Part shown: piece after piece, positions 23,304-35,700 of the stretch
Layout: every line of letters starts with the position of its first letter
Numbering within the stretch: position 1 is the first letter of the stretch
NCBI RefSeq assembly: GCF_006345805.1
Contig: NC_043023.1
Location: forward strand, 16,306,001 to 16,370,000
DNA from: Octopus sinensis
Lineage: Eukaryota
DNA: 64,000 nucleotides
Direction: 5' to 3'
Notes under the pieces: model-generated
Database searches by the model: none
Told to the model about the DNA's origin: nothing
What the model saw: only the letters and a program-made list of their open reading frames with translations
Position numbers and translations under genes: made by a program

Positions 23304-23712
23304 GAGTTCAGCAAAAATTTAGATTCAAGTGAAAATGTTACTTAATTTAGATGCACCAGAATTTTGTATGGTGTTATCCTTAGAAATCCGTGGGGTGATT
23401 ATAATGAAAATAAGCAACAAGAATTACTCCGGTAATTTGGTACGATCGTTTCGTACTACATCATTTTATTAAATGTTGTAAGTATTACAACAGTTTTAAA
23501 ATACTGAGCACTCATCAGCCAATTATAGAGGTTTTCCATTAATACAAAAATGTTCAAGTTAAGTGGCAACATATAGAGAAGAAAGCCTCTATAATTGGCT
23601 GATGAGTACTCAGCATCTTAAATCTGTTGTAATACTTACAGCATTTAATAAAGTGATGTAGTACGAAACGATCGTACCAAATTACCGGAGTCATTCTTGT
23701 TGCTTATTTTGA

Positions 23713-23776
<64 letters not shown>

Positions 23777-26700
23777 GTATATATATGTATATATATATAT
23801 ATATTAAGTGCAGGGCATCACTGGCAAGTTATAAATATATAAACACACAAGAGATAAGCAAGGGACAAAATAACAAAATACTTAACACCCAGTCATAATA
23901 TTGTAAGAGGCAGCTTCTACCTGGCCGGAATCCATGCTAGGTATCAGTCAGCAAGTAATTTTCTTCATGGAACATGATTAGTTTCTTGCAGACTATTCAT
24001 TCCATGACTTTGCTGAAATGTGAGGTCAGAGAGACAGGCCTATAATTTTTAGCACCTGCCCTGCTTCCTCCTTTATGAATACAGCATATTATTCCTTCTT
24101 TCAGTTTGTCTGGGAGCTTACCAATTAAAAGAAGCTGCAGTGGCATTAGGAAGGGCATCCAGCTGTAGAAACACTGCCAGATCAGAGGGCCCTGGTGCAG
24201 CCTCCTGGCTTCCCAGACCCCGGTCGAACCGTCCAACCCGTGCTAGCATGGAAAGCGGACGTTAAACGATGATGATGATGATGAAATAGCAGTAGAAATG
24301 TTTCATCCATTATTTTCTAAGATAGGGCAGGAAGAAAATGTGCCTAATGATTGGAAAGAGGGATTCATTGTGAAATTGCCAAAAAAAGGAGATTTAAGCT
24401 TTTGCGGAAATTATAAACGGATTATGCTATTATCAGCTCCGGAAAAGATTTTAACAGAATACTTTTAGAGATGATGAGGACAGCAGTTTACAAATTGTTG
24501 TGTAAAGAAGAAGCTGGATTTAGGAAGAGATCAAATCGCCACTCTTTGTATCATCGTAGAGCAAAGCGCAGAGTGGAATGCACCGATTTATTGAATTCGA
24601 AAAAGCATTCGATAGTGTAGATAGGGAAGGCTTATTGAAAATTATGCAGCACTATGGCATACCAGACAAGTACATATCTATAATAAGAGCAACTTACCAA
24701 GGAATGTCATGCCGAGTCTTGCAAGGAAACGGAGCTACGGATAAATTCGATATAAAAACAGGAGTTCGACAGGGCTGTATACTTTCTCCCGTTTTATTTC
24801 TATTAGTCATAGATTGGATTATGAAGGAAACTACGATTGAAAGCCAAACAAGCATTGAATGGACGGATGTGGAAGCTGTAGAAGATCTCGACTTTGCAGA
24901 TGATATAGCGCTACTTTCACAAACGTAACCAAATGCAAAATAAAATGTCAAAATTAGAAGCAATAGCTGCCAAACTAGGATTGAAAGTCAACCTCAAATC
25001 AAAAATTATGCACGTTTATGAAGTAAACATTGAATGTATTCAACTAGAAACTGGTGAACTAGAGGATGTAGCCGAGTTTATGTATTCAGGTAGTAAGATA
25101 ACGTTTTCAGGTGGCACCGACGAAGATATTAAGGTGAGAATAAGTAAGGCAAGGACCGTTTTTCACCTGTTAAAGAAAGTATGGAGCGCAAGTGTAATTT
25201 CAATAAACAACAAAGTAACCTCTCGGAAGAGATGTTCTTCACTCCTGCTCCAGAGCATCGGCTGCGGGGTCACTCCGAAAAGCTCTATCTGTGACGATTT
25301 CATCTCAGTCGAAGGAGAGGGGCCTTCTCTGTCCGGGTTGCGGTTCCGTGGAATAAGCTGCCGGACGAGATAATGAAGATGCCAACGACTGCTCGGTTCA
25401 AAGTCTCCATTGACCACAAATGGCCTGAACTCTTTGCATGAACACCACCCTGTACATAACTCCATGTTCCCCTACATGGCCTTGCTTTTTGCTTTTTGAC
25501 CCCAAAAATTAACTTAACATAACTTAAGTTAAGAATTTTTAACACTAACGTAAAAGCAGTGTTATTGTATGGGGCTGAGACATGGCAAACAACAGTCAAG
25601 TCAAATAAGCAAATACAACTATTCATCAACAGATGCTTGCGTAGTATACTTAAAATTAGATGGCCCAAACACATAAGCAATATGGAGCTATGGCAAAGAG
25701 CAAATCAAGTTTCGATTAGGGAGCAAATATTTAAGAAAAGGAGGAAGTGGATTGGTAGCACAATTAGAAAAGACACACTAAATGTAGTGAAAAGTGCTTT
25801 AAAGTGGAAACCGGTTGGATATAGAAAGAAAGGTAGGCCTAAGAACTCGTGGCATAGATCAACACAAAAGGAACTAGAGAAAGGGGGACATTTATGGCAG
25901 AGTATAAGTACAGAGGCGAAATATTATGCAACATGGAATTCAATTATGAGTGGCCTATACTCCACGTTGGAGGGTCAAAGGTAGGAAAGAAGAATATATT
26001 TACCACTTTGGTAGATCTCATAAATGCTATCACTTGAGAAACCTGTAAAAGATGAAAAAAAAAACTTTGGTTTTTAAGATGAAATATTTCAAAACAATGT
26101 GAATAAATGAACATTATATTTCACAGTAATTTGATTGCTAAATGATTAAAGCAGCAATATCTGTTTTATGTTCTAAGTGGCCGGGTCCAGCCCCTCACAC
26201 CTACCCAACAATGTCAGTCTAAAAATAAACAATCACATCAGCAAAATGTCAAAACTACAAAATAAGGAATGATTAATTCAAAAACCAAGACTAAATGAGC
26301 ATTACATTAAACGGAATAAACTGATTGCTAACGAGTTAAAGTAGCCATACCTGGCACAAAGATTCTACCTGTTTCGTGTTTAAACTGGTAATGGGTCATC
26401 CTTTTACACCTGTCTTACAATGTCATTCTAAAAATGAACAGACAAGGACTGCTATGCAAAGAAGTGCTGATCTCTAACTGTGGAGGCAATCTGTGGAAGA
26501 GGTGGACCCTGGAAGGTGCAGGACAAAACGGTGGAACATGAGGGCTTTGGATGTTGAGGCTGACATGTATTGATAAGTGACTGCGATTTCTGGGGATTTG
26601 CTCTTCTACAGAAGATATGTCAAGCTAATGGAAATCAAGGATGTGGCCAGTGTCGGTAATTAGTAAAAGGCACCTGTGCCAGTGACGTGTAATTTATAAA

Positions 26701-29700
26701 TCTTTCATCAAAACTTTATTGAGAATTTTCAAAATGTGCTCCATCGGCACAATGGAAATTTCAAATGTATCTGTAGACTTGTGAAACACATTTGGAAGTA
26801 TTTGAGGAGTTTATCTTCTGCACTGCTAACTGAATGCATTCTTTAAGTTCAGCTAAAAGATTGCTCCATCTGGGGCATTGTGGTAAAGAAATTAATTGCA
26901 ATCGTATTGAAAAAAGCTGTCATGGACAGATAAGGAATGAAAATAAAATTATAAACAAAATTAAAAATTTAATCACTTAACATATATTAAATATGTGAAG
27001 CAGAGGCAAAAAGTACCTTTAAAAAAAAAGGGTCCATTTTCACTGAAATAGATAATTAATTCTGGGACTGTCTGTATTGAAAACACTTAGCCCCACTCCA
27101 ATGACCCTACACTCTGAAATCTTTACCAAGAACAAAGTCCATGGGGTAAAGAGTGGCTATAAGGGGAATCCAGGTGGGCAGATATGGAGATAATGATGTA
27201 AATAAACAAATAAAACTGAGTGGGTAAGATATACATCCATGCGTACACGTTAATAGAGAGGAAGCAAAGACTGAAAAATTTCAGACGGAGAATATTCAAG
27301 CATCAGAAATCTGAATTAAATATTAACAGAGCAAACTTACACAGACTAGAAAGGCACAGAAAATCAAAGGGAAGAATGTATGGTGTTACAGCTCCTTTCT
27401 TGGCAATCGGGGTTACTTCATCTTTGGTAGATGTACCATCCATACTCACAAATAGGTCTCGCTTTTTTTCACCAAAAATTTAGATAAAAATCAGGGGCAC
27501 AACCTATCCAATAGATATTACAGGGATCTGAAGTGGTGTATCGGTAGTCCATGGCATACCCTGGACCTGGGCTTTTCAGTTTTAAAATTGTTATGGAAAC
27601 TTTTCTGCAATGTTTACTAGAAAGCAGAAACTGGAAGTTTGGTATTTGGTATTTTTTTGACATCCAGTCACCCCAATCTTTAGTTTAAAAATTTTAATAA
27701 TTGCAAACCCTACTTACAAAGTTATAGTAAGAGTTATCAATAGGCACAGAAGTGGCTGTGTGGTAAGTAGCTTGCTTACGAACCACATGGTTCCGGGTTC
27801 AGTCTCACTGTGTGGCATGTTGGGCAAGTGTCTTTTACTATAGCCTCGGGCCGACCAAAGCCTTGTGAGTGGATTTGGTAGACAGAAACTGAAAGAAGCC
27901 CGTCGTATATATGTATATATATATATGTGTGTTTGTGTGTCTGTTTGTCCTCCAAATATCGCTTGACAACTGATGCTGGTGTGTCTACGTCCCTATTACT
28001 TAGCAGTTCGGCAAAAGAGAACCGATAGAATAAGTACTAGGCTTACAAAGAATAAATCCTAGAGTCGATTTGATCGACAAAAGGCGGTGCTCCAGCATGG
28101 CCACAGTCAAATGACTGAAACAAGTAAAAAGAGAAAGAGAATATAACCCCACCCACACACACACCTTGGTATTGACCCCCTCATCCTTTGCCCTTGTGGC
28201 AAATAAAAGAAACCCTTATTATATACAACTATCAGCTGAGTCCATTGTGAAGATGGCCCCTCTACTTTCCCTCAACCAGGAAGGGCAACCAGTTTTTATC
28301 TGCTCGGGCCCCATGGCAAAGGGGATCATACGGTGGACATGTCTGAAAGGGCTGAAGACCAGCAACTGCCATTTTGTCAAAACCCTAATAAACTTTTTCA
28401 GGTTTCACTTGAAGAGCAAAATCAGGGTGGAGAGGTAAGTGCTGGCTTCCAAGCAGTTTGTTGAAAGGTGGGTGAGAGAGGTGAGCATTACCTGAGTGAA
28501 TGGGCCTTCTCTCAGAGTGTACCTGTATATTGGAGAGGAAAGACTGGGAGAGGGCATCCACCCTCGTGGTCAGGGAGACCATGGATTTTGTGGGCTTTCT
28601 TTACGTGTAGCCCTTGAAAGTGCCCCCACTATCAGGGGTTTTACTTTGACTTTCTTTTATTCTTTGTATGACTTTTTACATGCTAAAACCCACGCTGGAC
28701 CCTCCCGAATGTTTTCCTTTGTGTTAGCCCTCTGTGGTTAATAAAGAAATTATTATAAATCATTTCCTTACTCTTTATCTCCAAATTAATTTTTCCAACA
28801 TTAAGGTTGTCATCATCAAATTTCCAAGTTGAACATTCCTTAGTTACTTTTTTGATCCAAAGCGTGGAGGTATTTCCATCCTGTGTCACTTTATAGTCAG
28901 GGCCATCAGGGCATGTCTTGTCACATTCATATTTATAATTGTCGCACTTCCAAACCACCGGTCGTTTCATATCAGGTATTGTTATCGAAAGGGTGAGACA
29001 TCCATTGAGCACAGCAATTCCTGAAATAATGAAATCAGTTAAGAAGTTTGCTTCCAAATCATATGGTCCCGGGTTCAGTCCCACTACACTGCACCTTCGG
29101 AAAGTGTCTTCTACTACAGCCTGTGTGGATTTGCTAGATGGAAACTGAAAGAAGCCCATTGTATGTATCTGTGTGTGTGTGTATGTATATGTGTGTGTGT
29201 ATATATGTATATACATACACACTTGTGTGTTTCAAAGCCTTGTGAGTGTATTTGATAGATGGAAACTGAAAGAAGCCCTTTGTTTATATATATGTATATA
29301 TATATGTAAATAGAAAATTATTATTTCTAAGTCACTGAATGAGAAACATTCAGTAACATTACTCGAGAGTAAGGATTATTTGCCAACATAATATGGCAGT
29401 CCTAGTTAGGATGATTGTTACTGTTATCTAGCCCTAGGAAACACTGCCTCCAGCTGGGTATATGACACATTATCTATGTCCTATGGGATGCTAAACTTCC
29501 TTGTTTGAAAATATAAGGATGCAGCTAGTGTGTCATATAGCCAGCTGGAGACGATGTTTCCTAGGGCTAAGGAACAGTAACAATCGTCCAGACCAGGACT
29601 GCCACATTATGTTGGCAAATAATCTTTACCCTAGAGTACTGTTACTCAATGTCTTTTGTTCAGAGATTTAGAAATAATTTTCTATTTTTTAGATCAGTGA

Positions 29701-32700
29701 CTGTGTGTCACTTTGAAAAGTATATATTTTGGACAAGAGTTTAATGGAGTCATCTCAAGCCGAGCAGTTATTCTGTGCTGATGAAGGGAAATAACACAGA
29801 GACCATTGGTATGCAGATAGTGTGCTGTATAACCAGCTGGAGATGATGTTTCCTGAGACTAAATAACAGTACCATTCGTCCTAACCAGGACTGCCACATT
29901 ATGTTGGCAAATAATCTTTATTTTATATATATATATATATATATATGTATACACACAAAATAAGAAAATGGAGGAATAGATTCCTTTCAATCATCAACTT
30001 CCAGATAATACCAATTCATATAATTTATTAACTAATTATTTAGATTTAATAGGACAGGGCTGTATACTTTCTCCCGTTTTATTTCTATTAGTCATAGATT
30101 GGATCATGAAGGAAACTACGATTGAAAGCCAAACAAGCATTGAATGGACGGATGTGGAAGCTGTAGAAGATCTCGACTTTGCAGATGATATAGCGCTACT
30201 TTCACAAACGTAACCAAATGCAAAATAAAATGTCAAAATTAGAAGCAATAGCTGCCAAACTAGGATTGAAAGTCAACCTCAAATCAAAAATTATGCACGT
30301 TTATGAAGTAAACATTGAATGTATTAAACTAGAAACTGGTGAACTAGAGGATGTAGCCGAGTTTATGTATTCAGGTAGTAAGATAACGTTTTCAGGTGGC
30401 ACCGACGAAGATATTAAGGTGAGAATAAGTAAGGCAAGGACCGTTTTTCACCTGTTAAAGAAAGTATGGAGCGCAAGTGTAATTTCAATAAAGAACAAAA
30501 TAACCTCTCGAAAGAGCTGTTCTTCACTCCTGCTCCAGAGCGTCGGCTGCGGGGTCACTCCGAAAAGCTCTATCTGTGACGATTTCATCTCAATCGAAGG
30601 AGAGGGGCCTTCTCTGTCCGGGTTGCGATTCCGTGGAATAAGCTGCCGGACGAGATAGTGAAGATGCCGACGACCGCTCGATTCAAAGTCTCCCTTGACC
30701 ACAAATGGCCTGAACTCTTTGCATGAACACCACCCTGTACATAACTCCATGTTCCCCTACATGGCCTTTTGCTGTTTGCTTTTTGAGCCCAAAAATTAAC
30801 TTAACTTAAGTTAAGAATTTTTAACACTAACGTAAAAGTGGTGTTATTGTATGGGGCTGAGACATGGCAAACAACAGTCAAGTCAAATAAGCAAATACAA
30901 TCATTCATCAACAGATGCTTGCGTAGTATACTTAAAATTAGATGGCCCCAACACATACGCAATATGGAGCTATGGCAATGAACAAATCAAGTTTTGATTA
31001 GGGAGCAAATATTTAAGAAAAGGAGGAAGTGGATTGGTAGCACAATTAGAAAAGACACACTAAATGTAGTGAAAAGTGCTTTAAAGTGGAAACCGGTTGG
31101 ATATAGAAAGAAAGGTAGGCCTAAGAACTCGTGGCATAGATCAACACAAAAGGAACTAGAGAAAGGAGGACATTCATGGCAGAGTATAAGTACAGAGGCG
31201 AAATATTATGCAACATGGAATTCAATTATGAGTGGCCTATACTCCACGTTGGAGGGTCAAATGTAGGAAACAAGAATATATTTACCACTTTGGGTGATCT
31301 TGTAAATGTTTGCACTTGAGAAACCTGTAAAATATGAAAACAAAAATTTTTGATTTTAAGATGAAATAATTCAAAACAATGTGAATAAATGAACACTATA
31401 TTTCACAGTAATTTGATTGCTAAATGATTAAACCAGCAATATCCGTTTTATGTTCTAAGTGGCCGGGTCCAGCCCCTCACACCTACCCTACAATGTCAGT
31501 CTAAAAATAAACAATCACATCAGCAAAATGTCAAAACTACAAAATAAAGAATGATTAATTCAAAAACCAAGACTAAATGAGCACTACATTAAACGAAATA
31601 AACTGATTGCTAACGAGTTAAAGTAGCCATACCTGGCACAAAGATTCTACCTGTTTCGTGTTTAAACTGGTAATGGGTCAGCCTTTTACACCTGTCTTAC
31701 AATGTCATTCTAAAAATGAACGGACAAGGACTGCTATGTAAAGAAGTGCTGATCTCTAACTGTGGAGGCAATCTGTGGAAGAGGTGGACCCTGGAAGGTG
31801 CAGGACAAAACGGTGGAACATGAGGGCTTTGGATGTTGAGGCTGACATGTATTGATAAGTGACTGCGATTTCTGGGGATTTGCTCTTCTACAGAAGATAT
31901 GTCAAGCTAATGGAAATCAAGGATGTGGCCAGTATCGGTAATTAGTAAAAGGCACCTGTGCCAGTGACGTGTAATTTATAAATCTTTCCTCAAAACTTTA
32001 TTGAGAATTTTCAAAATGTGCTCCATCGGCACAATGGAAATTTCAAATGTATCTGTAGACTTGTGAAACACATTTGGAAGTATTTGAGGAGTTTATCTTC
32101 TGCACTGCTAACTGAATGCATTCTTTAAGTTCAGCTAAAAGATTGCTCCATCTGGGGCATTGTGGTAAAGAAATTAATTGCAATCGTATTGAAAAAAGCT
32201 GTCATGGACAGATAAGGAATGAAAATAAAATTATAAACAAAATTAAAAATTTAATCACTTAACATATATTAAATATGTGAAGCAGAGACAAAAAGGGTCT
32301 TTAAAAAAAAAGGTCCAATTTCACTGAAATAGATAATTAATTCTGGGACAGTCTGTATTGAAAACACTTAGCCCTACTCAAATGACCTTACACTCTGAAA
32401 TCTTTACCAAGAACAAAGTCCATGGGGTAAAGAGTGGCTATAAGGGGAATCCAGGTGGGCAGATATGGAGATAACGATGTAAATAAACAAATAAAACTGA
32501 GTGGGTTAGATATACATCCATGCGTACACGTTAATAGAGAGGAAGCAAAGACTGAAAAATTTCAGATGGAGAATATTCAAGCATCAGATATCTGAATTAA
32601 ATATTAACAGAGCAAACTTACACAGACTAGAAAGGCACAGAAAATCAAAGGGAAGAATGTATGGTGTTACAGCTCCTTTCTTGGGGATTGGGCTTATTTC

Positions 32701-35700
32701 ATTGTTGGTAGATGTACCATCCATACTCACAAATAGGTCTCACTTTTTTTTCACCAAAAATTTAGATAAAAATCAGGGGTACAAACTATCCAATAGATAT
32801 CACAGGGATCTGAAGTGGTGCATCGGAGGTCCATGGCATACCCTGGACCTGGGCTTTTCAGTTTTAAAATTGTTATGGAAACTTTTCTGCAATGTTTACT
32901 AGAAAGCAGAAACTGGAAGTTTGGTATTTGGTATTTTTTTGACATCCAGTCACCCCAATCTTTAGTTTAAAAATTTTGATAATTGCAAACCCTACTTACA
33001 AAGTTATAGTAAGAGTTATCAATAGGCGCAGAAGTGGCTGTGTGGTAAGTAGCTTGCTTACGAACCACATGGTTCCGGGTTCAGTCTCACTGTGTGGCAT
33101 GTTGGGCAAGTGTCTTCTACTATAGCCTTGGGCCGACCAAAGCCTTGTGAGTGGATTTGGTAGACAGAAACTGAAAGAAGCCTGTCGTATATATGAATAT
33201 ATATATGTGTGTTTGTGTGTCTGTTTGTCCTCCAAACATCGCTTGACAACTGATGCTGGTGTGTCTATGTCCCCGTTACTTAGCAGTTCGGCAAAGGAGA
33301 ACTGATAGAATAAGTACTAGGCTTACAAGGAATAAATCCTGGGGTCGATTTGATCGACAAAACGCGGTGCTCCTGCATGGCCACAGTCAAATGACTGAAA
33401 CAAGTAAAAAGAGAAAAAGAATATAACCCCCACACACACACACCTTGGTATTGACCCCCTCATCCTTTGCCCTTGTGGCAAATAAAAGAAACCCTTATTA
33501 TATACAACTATCAGCTGAGTCCATTGTGAAGATGGCCCCTCTACTTTCCTTCAACCAGGAAGGGCAACCAGTTTTTATCTGCTCGGGCCCCATGGCAAAG
33601 GGGATCATACGGTGGACATGTCTGAAAGGGCTGAAGACCAGCAATTGCCATTTTGTCAAAACCCTAATAAACTTTTTCAGGTTTCACTTGAAGAGGAAAA
33701 TCAGGGTGGAGAGGTAAGTGCTGGCTTCCAAGCAGTTTGTTGAAAGGTGGGTGAGAGAGGTGAGCATTACCTGAGTGAATGGGCCTTCTCTCAGAGTGTA
33801 CCTGTATATTGGAGAGGAAAGACCGGGAGAGGGCATCCACCCTGGTGGTCAGGGAGACCTTGGATTTACTGGGCTTTCGTAACGCGTAGCCCTTGAAAGT
33901 GCCCCCACTATCAGGGGTTTTACTTTGACTTTCTTTTATTCTTTGTATGACTTTTTACATGCTAAAACCCACGCTGGACCCTCCCGAATGTTTTCCTTTG
34001 TGTTAGCCCTCTGTGGTTAATAAAGAAATTATTATAAATCATTTCTTACTCTTTATCTTCAAATCAATGTCTGCAGCATTAAGGTTGTCATCATCAAATT
34101 TCCAAGTCGAACATTCCTTAGTTACTTTTTTGATCCAAAGCGTGGAGGTATTTCCATCCTGTGTCACTTTATAGTCAGGGCCATCAGCGCATGTCCTGTC
34201 ACATTCATATTTATAATTGTCGCACTTCCAAACCACCGGTCGTTTCATATTAGGTATTGTTATCGAAAGGGTGAGACATCCATTGAGCACAGCAATTCCT
34301 GAAATAATGAAATCAGTTAAGAAGTTTGCTTCCAAATCATATGGTCCCGGGTTCAGTCCCACTACACTGCACCTTCGGAAAGTGTCTTCTACTACAGCCT
34401 GTGTGGATTTGCTAGATGGAAACTGAAAGAAGCCCATTGTATGTATCTGTGTGTGTGTGTATGTATATGTGTGTGTGTATATATGTATATACATACACAC
34501 TTGTGTGTTTCAAAGCCTTGTGAGTGTATTTGATAGATGGAAACTGAAAGAAGCCCTTTGTTTATATATATGTATATATATATGTAAATAGAAAATTATT
34601 ATTTCTAAGTCACTGAATGAGAAACATTCAGTAACATTACTCGAGAGTAAGGATTATTTGCCAACATAATATGGCAGTCCTAGTTAGGATGATTGTTACT
34701 GTTATCTAGCCCTAGGAAACACTGCCTCCAGCTGGGTATATGACACATTATCTATGTCCTATGGGATGCTAAACTTCCTTGTTTGAAAATATAAGGATGC
34801 AGCTAGTGTGTCATATAGCCAGCTGGAGACGATGTTTCCTAGGGCTAAGGAACAGTAACAATCGTCCAGACCAGGACTGCCACATTATGTTGGCAAATAA
34901 TCTTTACCCTAGAGTACTGTTACTCAATGTCTTTTGTTCAGAGATTTAGAAATAATTTTCTATTTTTTAGATCAGTGACTGTGTGTCACTTTGAAAAGTA
35001 TATATTTTGGACAAGAGTTTAGTGGAGTCATCTCTAGCCGAGCAGTTATTCTGTGCTGATGAAGGGAAATAACACAGAGACCATTGGTATGCAGATAGTG
35101 TGCTGTATAACCAGCTGGAGATGATGTTTCCTGAGACTAAATAACAGTACCATTCGTCCTAACCAGGACTGCCACATTATGTTGGCAAATAATCTTTATT
35201 TTATATATATATATATATATATATATGTATACACACAAAATAAGAAAATGGAGGAATAGATTCCTTTCAATCATCAACTTCCAGATAATACCAATTCATA
35301 TAATTTATTAACTAATTATTTAGATTTAATAGGACAGGGCTGTATACTTTCTCCCGTTTTATTTCTATTAGTCATAGATTGGATCATGAAGGAAACTACG
35401 ATTGAAAGCCAAACAAGCATTGAATGGACGGATGTGGAAGCTGTAGAAGATCTCGACTTTGCAGATGATATAGCGCTACTTTCACAAACGTAACCAAATG
35501 CAAAATAAAATGTCAAAATTAGAAGCAATAGCTGCCAAACTAGGATTGAAAGTCAACCTCAAATCAAAAATTATGCACGTTAATGAAGTAAACATTGAAT
35601 GTATTAAACTAGAAACTGGTGAACTAGAGGATGTAGCCAAGTTTATGTATTCAGGTAGTAAGATAACGTTTTCAGGTGTCACCGACGAAGATATTAAGGT

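Noticed and set aside
28683-28771. Read-through C-terminal tail after the Ig exon donor (SKEMIYNNFF..)
   Set aside because: The frame is not conserved: it stops after SKK in cassette 3 and is frameshifted in gene B. A 40-nt intron to the next AG is implausibly short.
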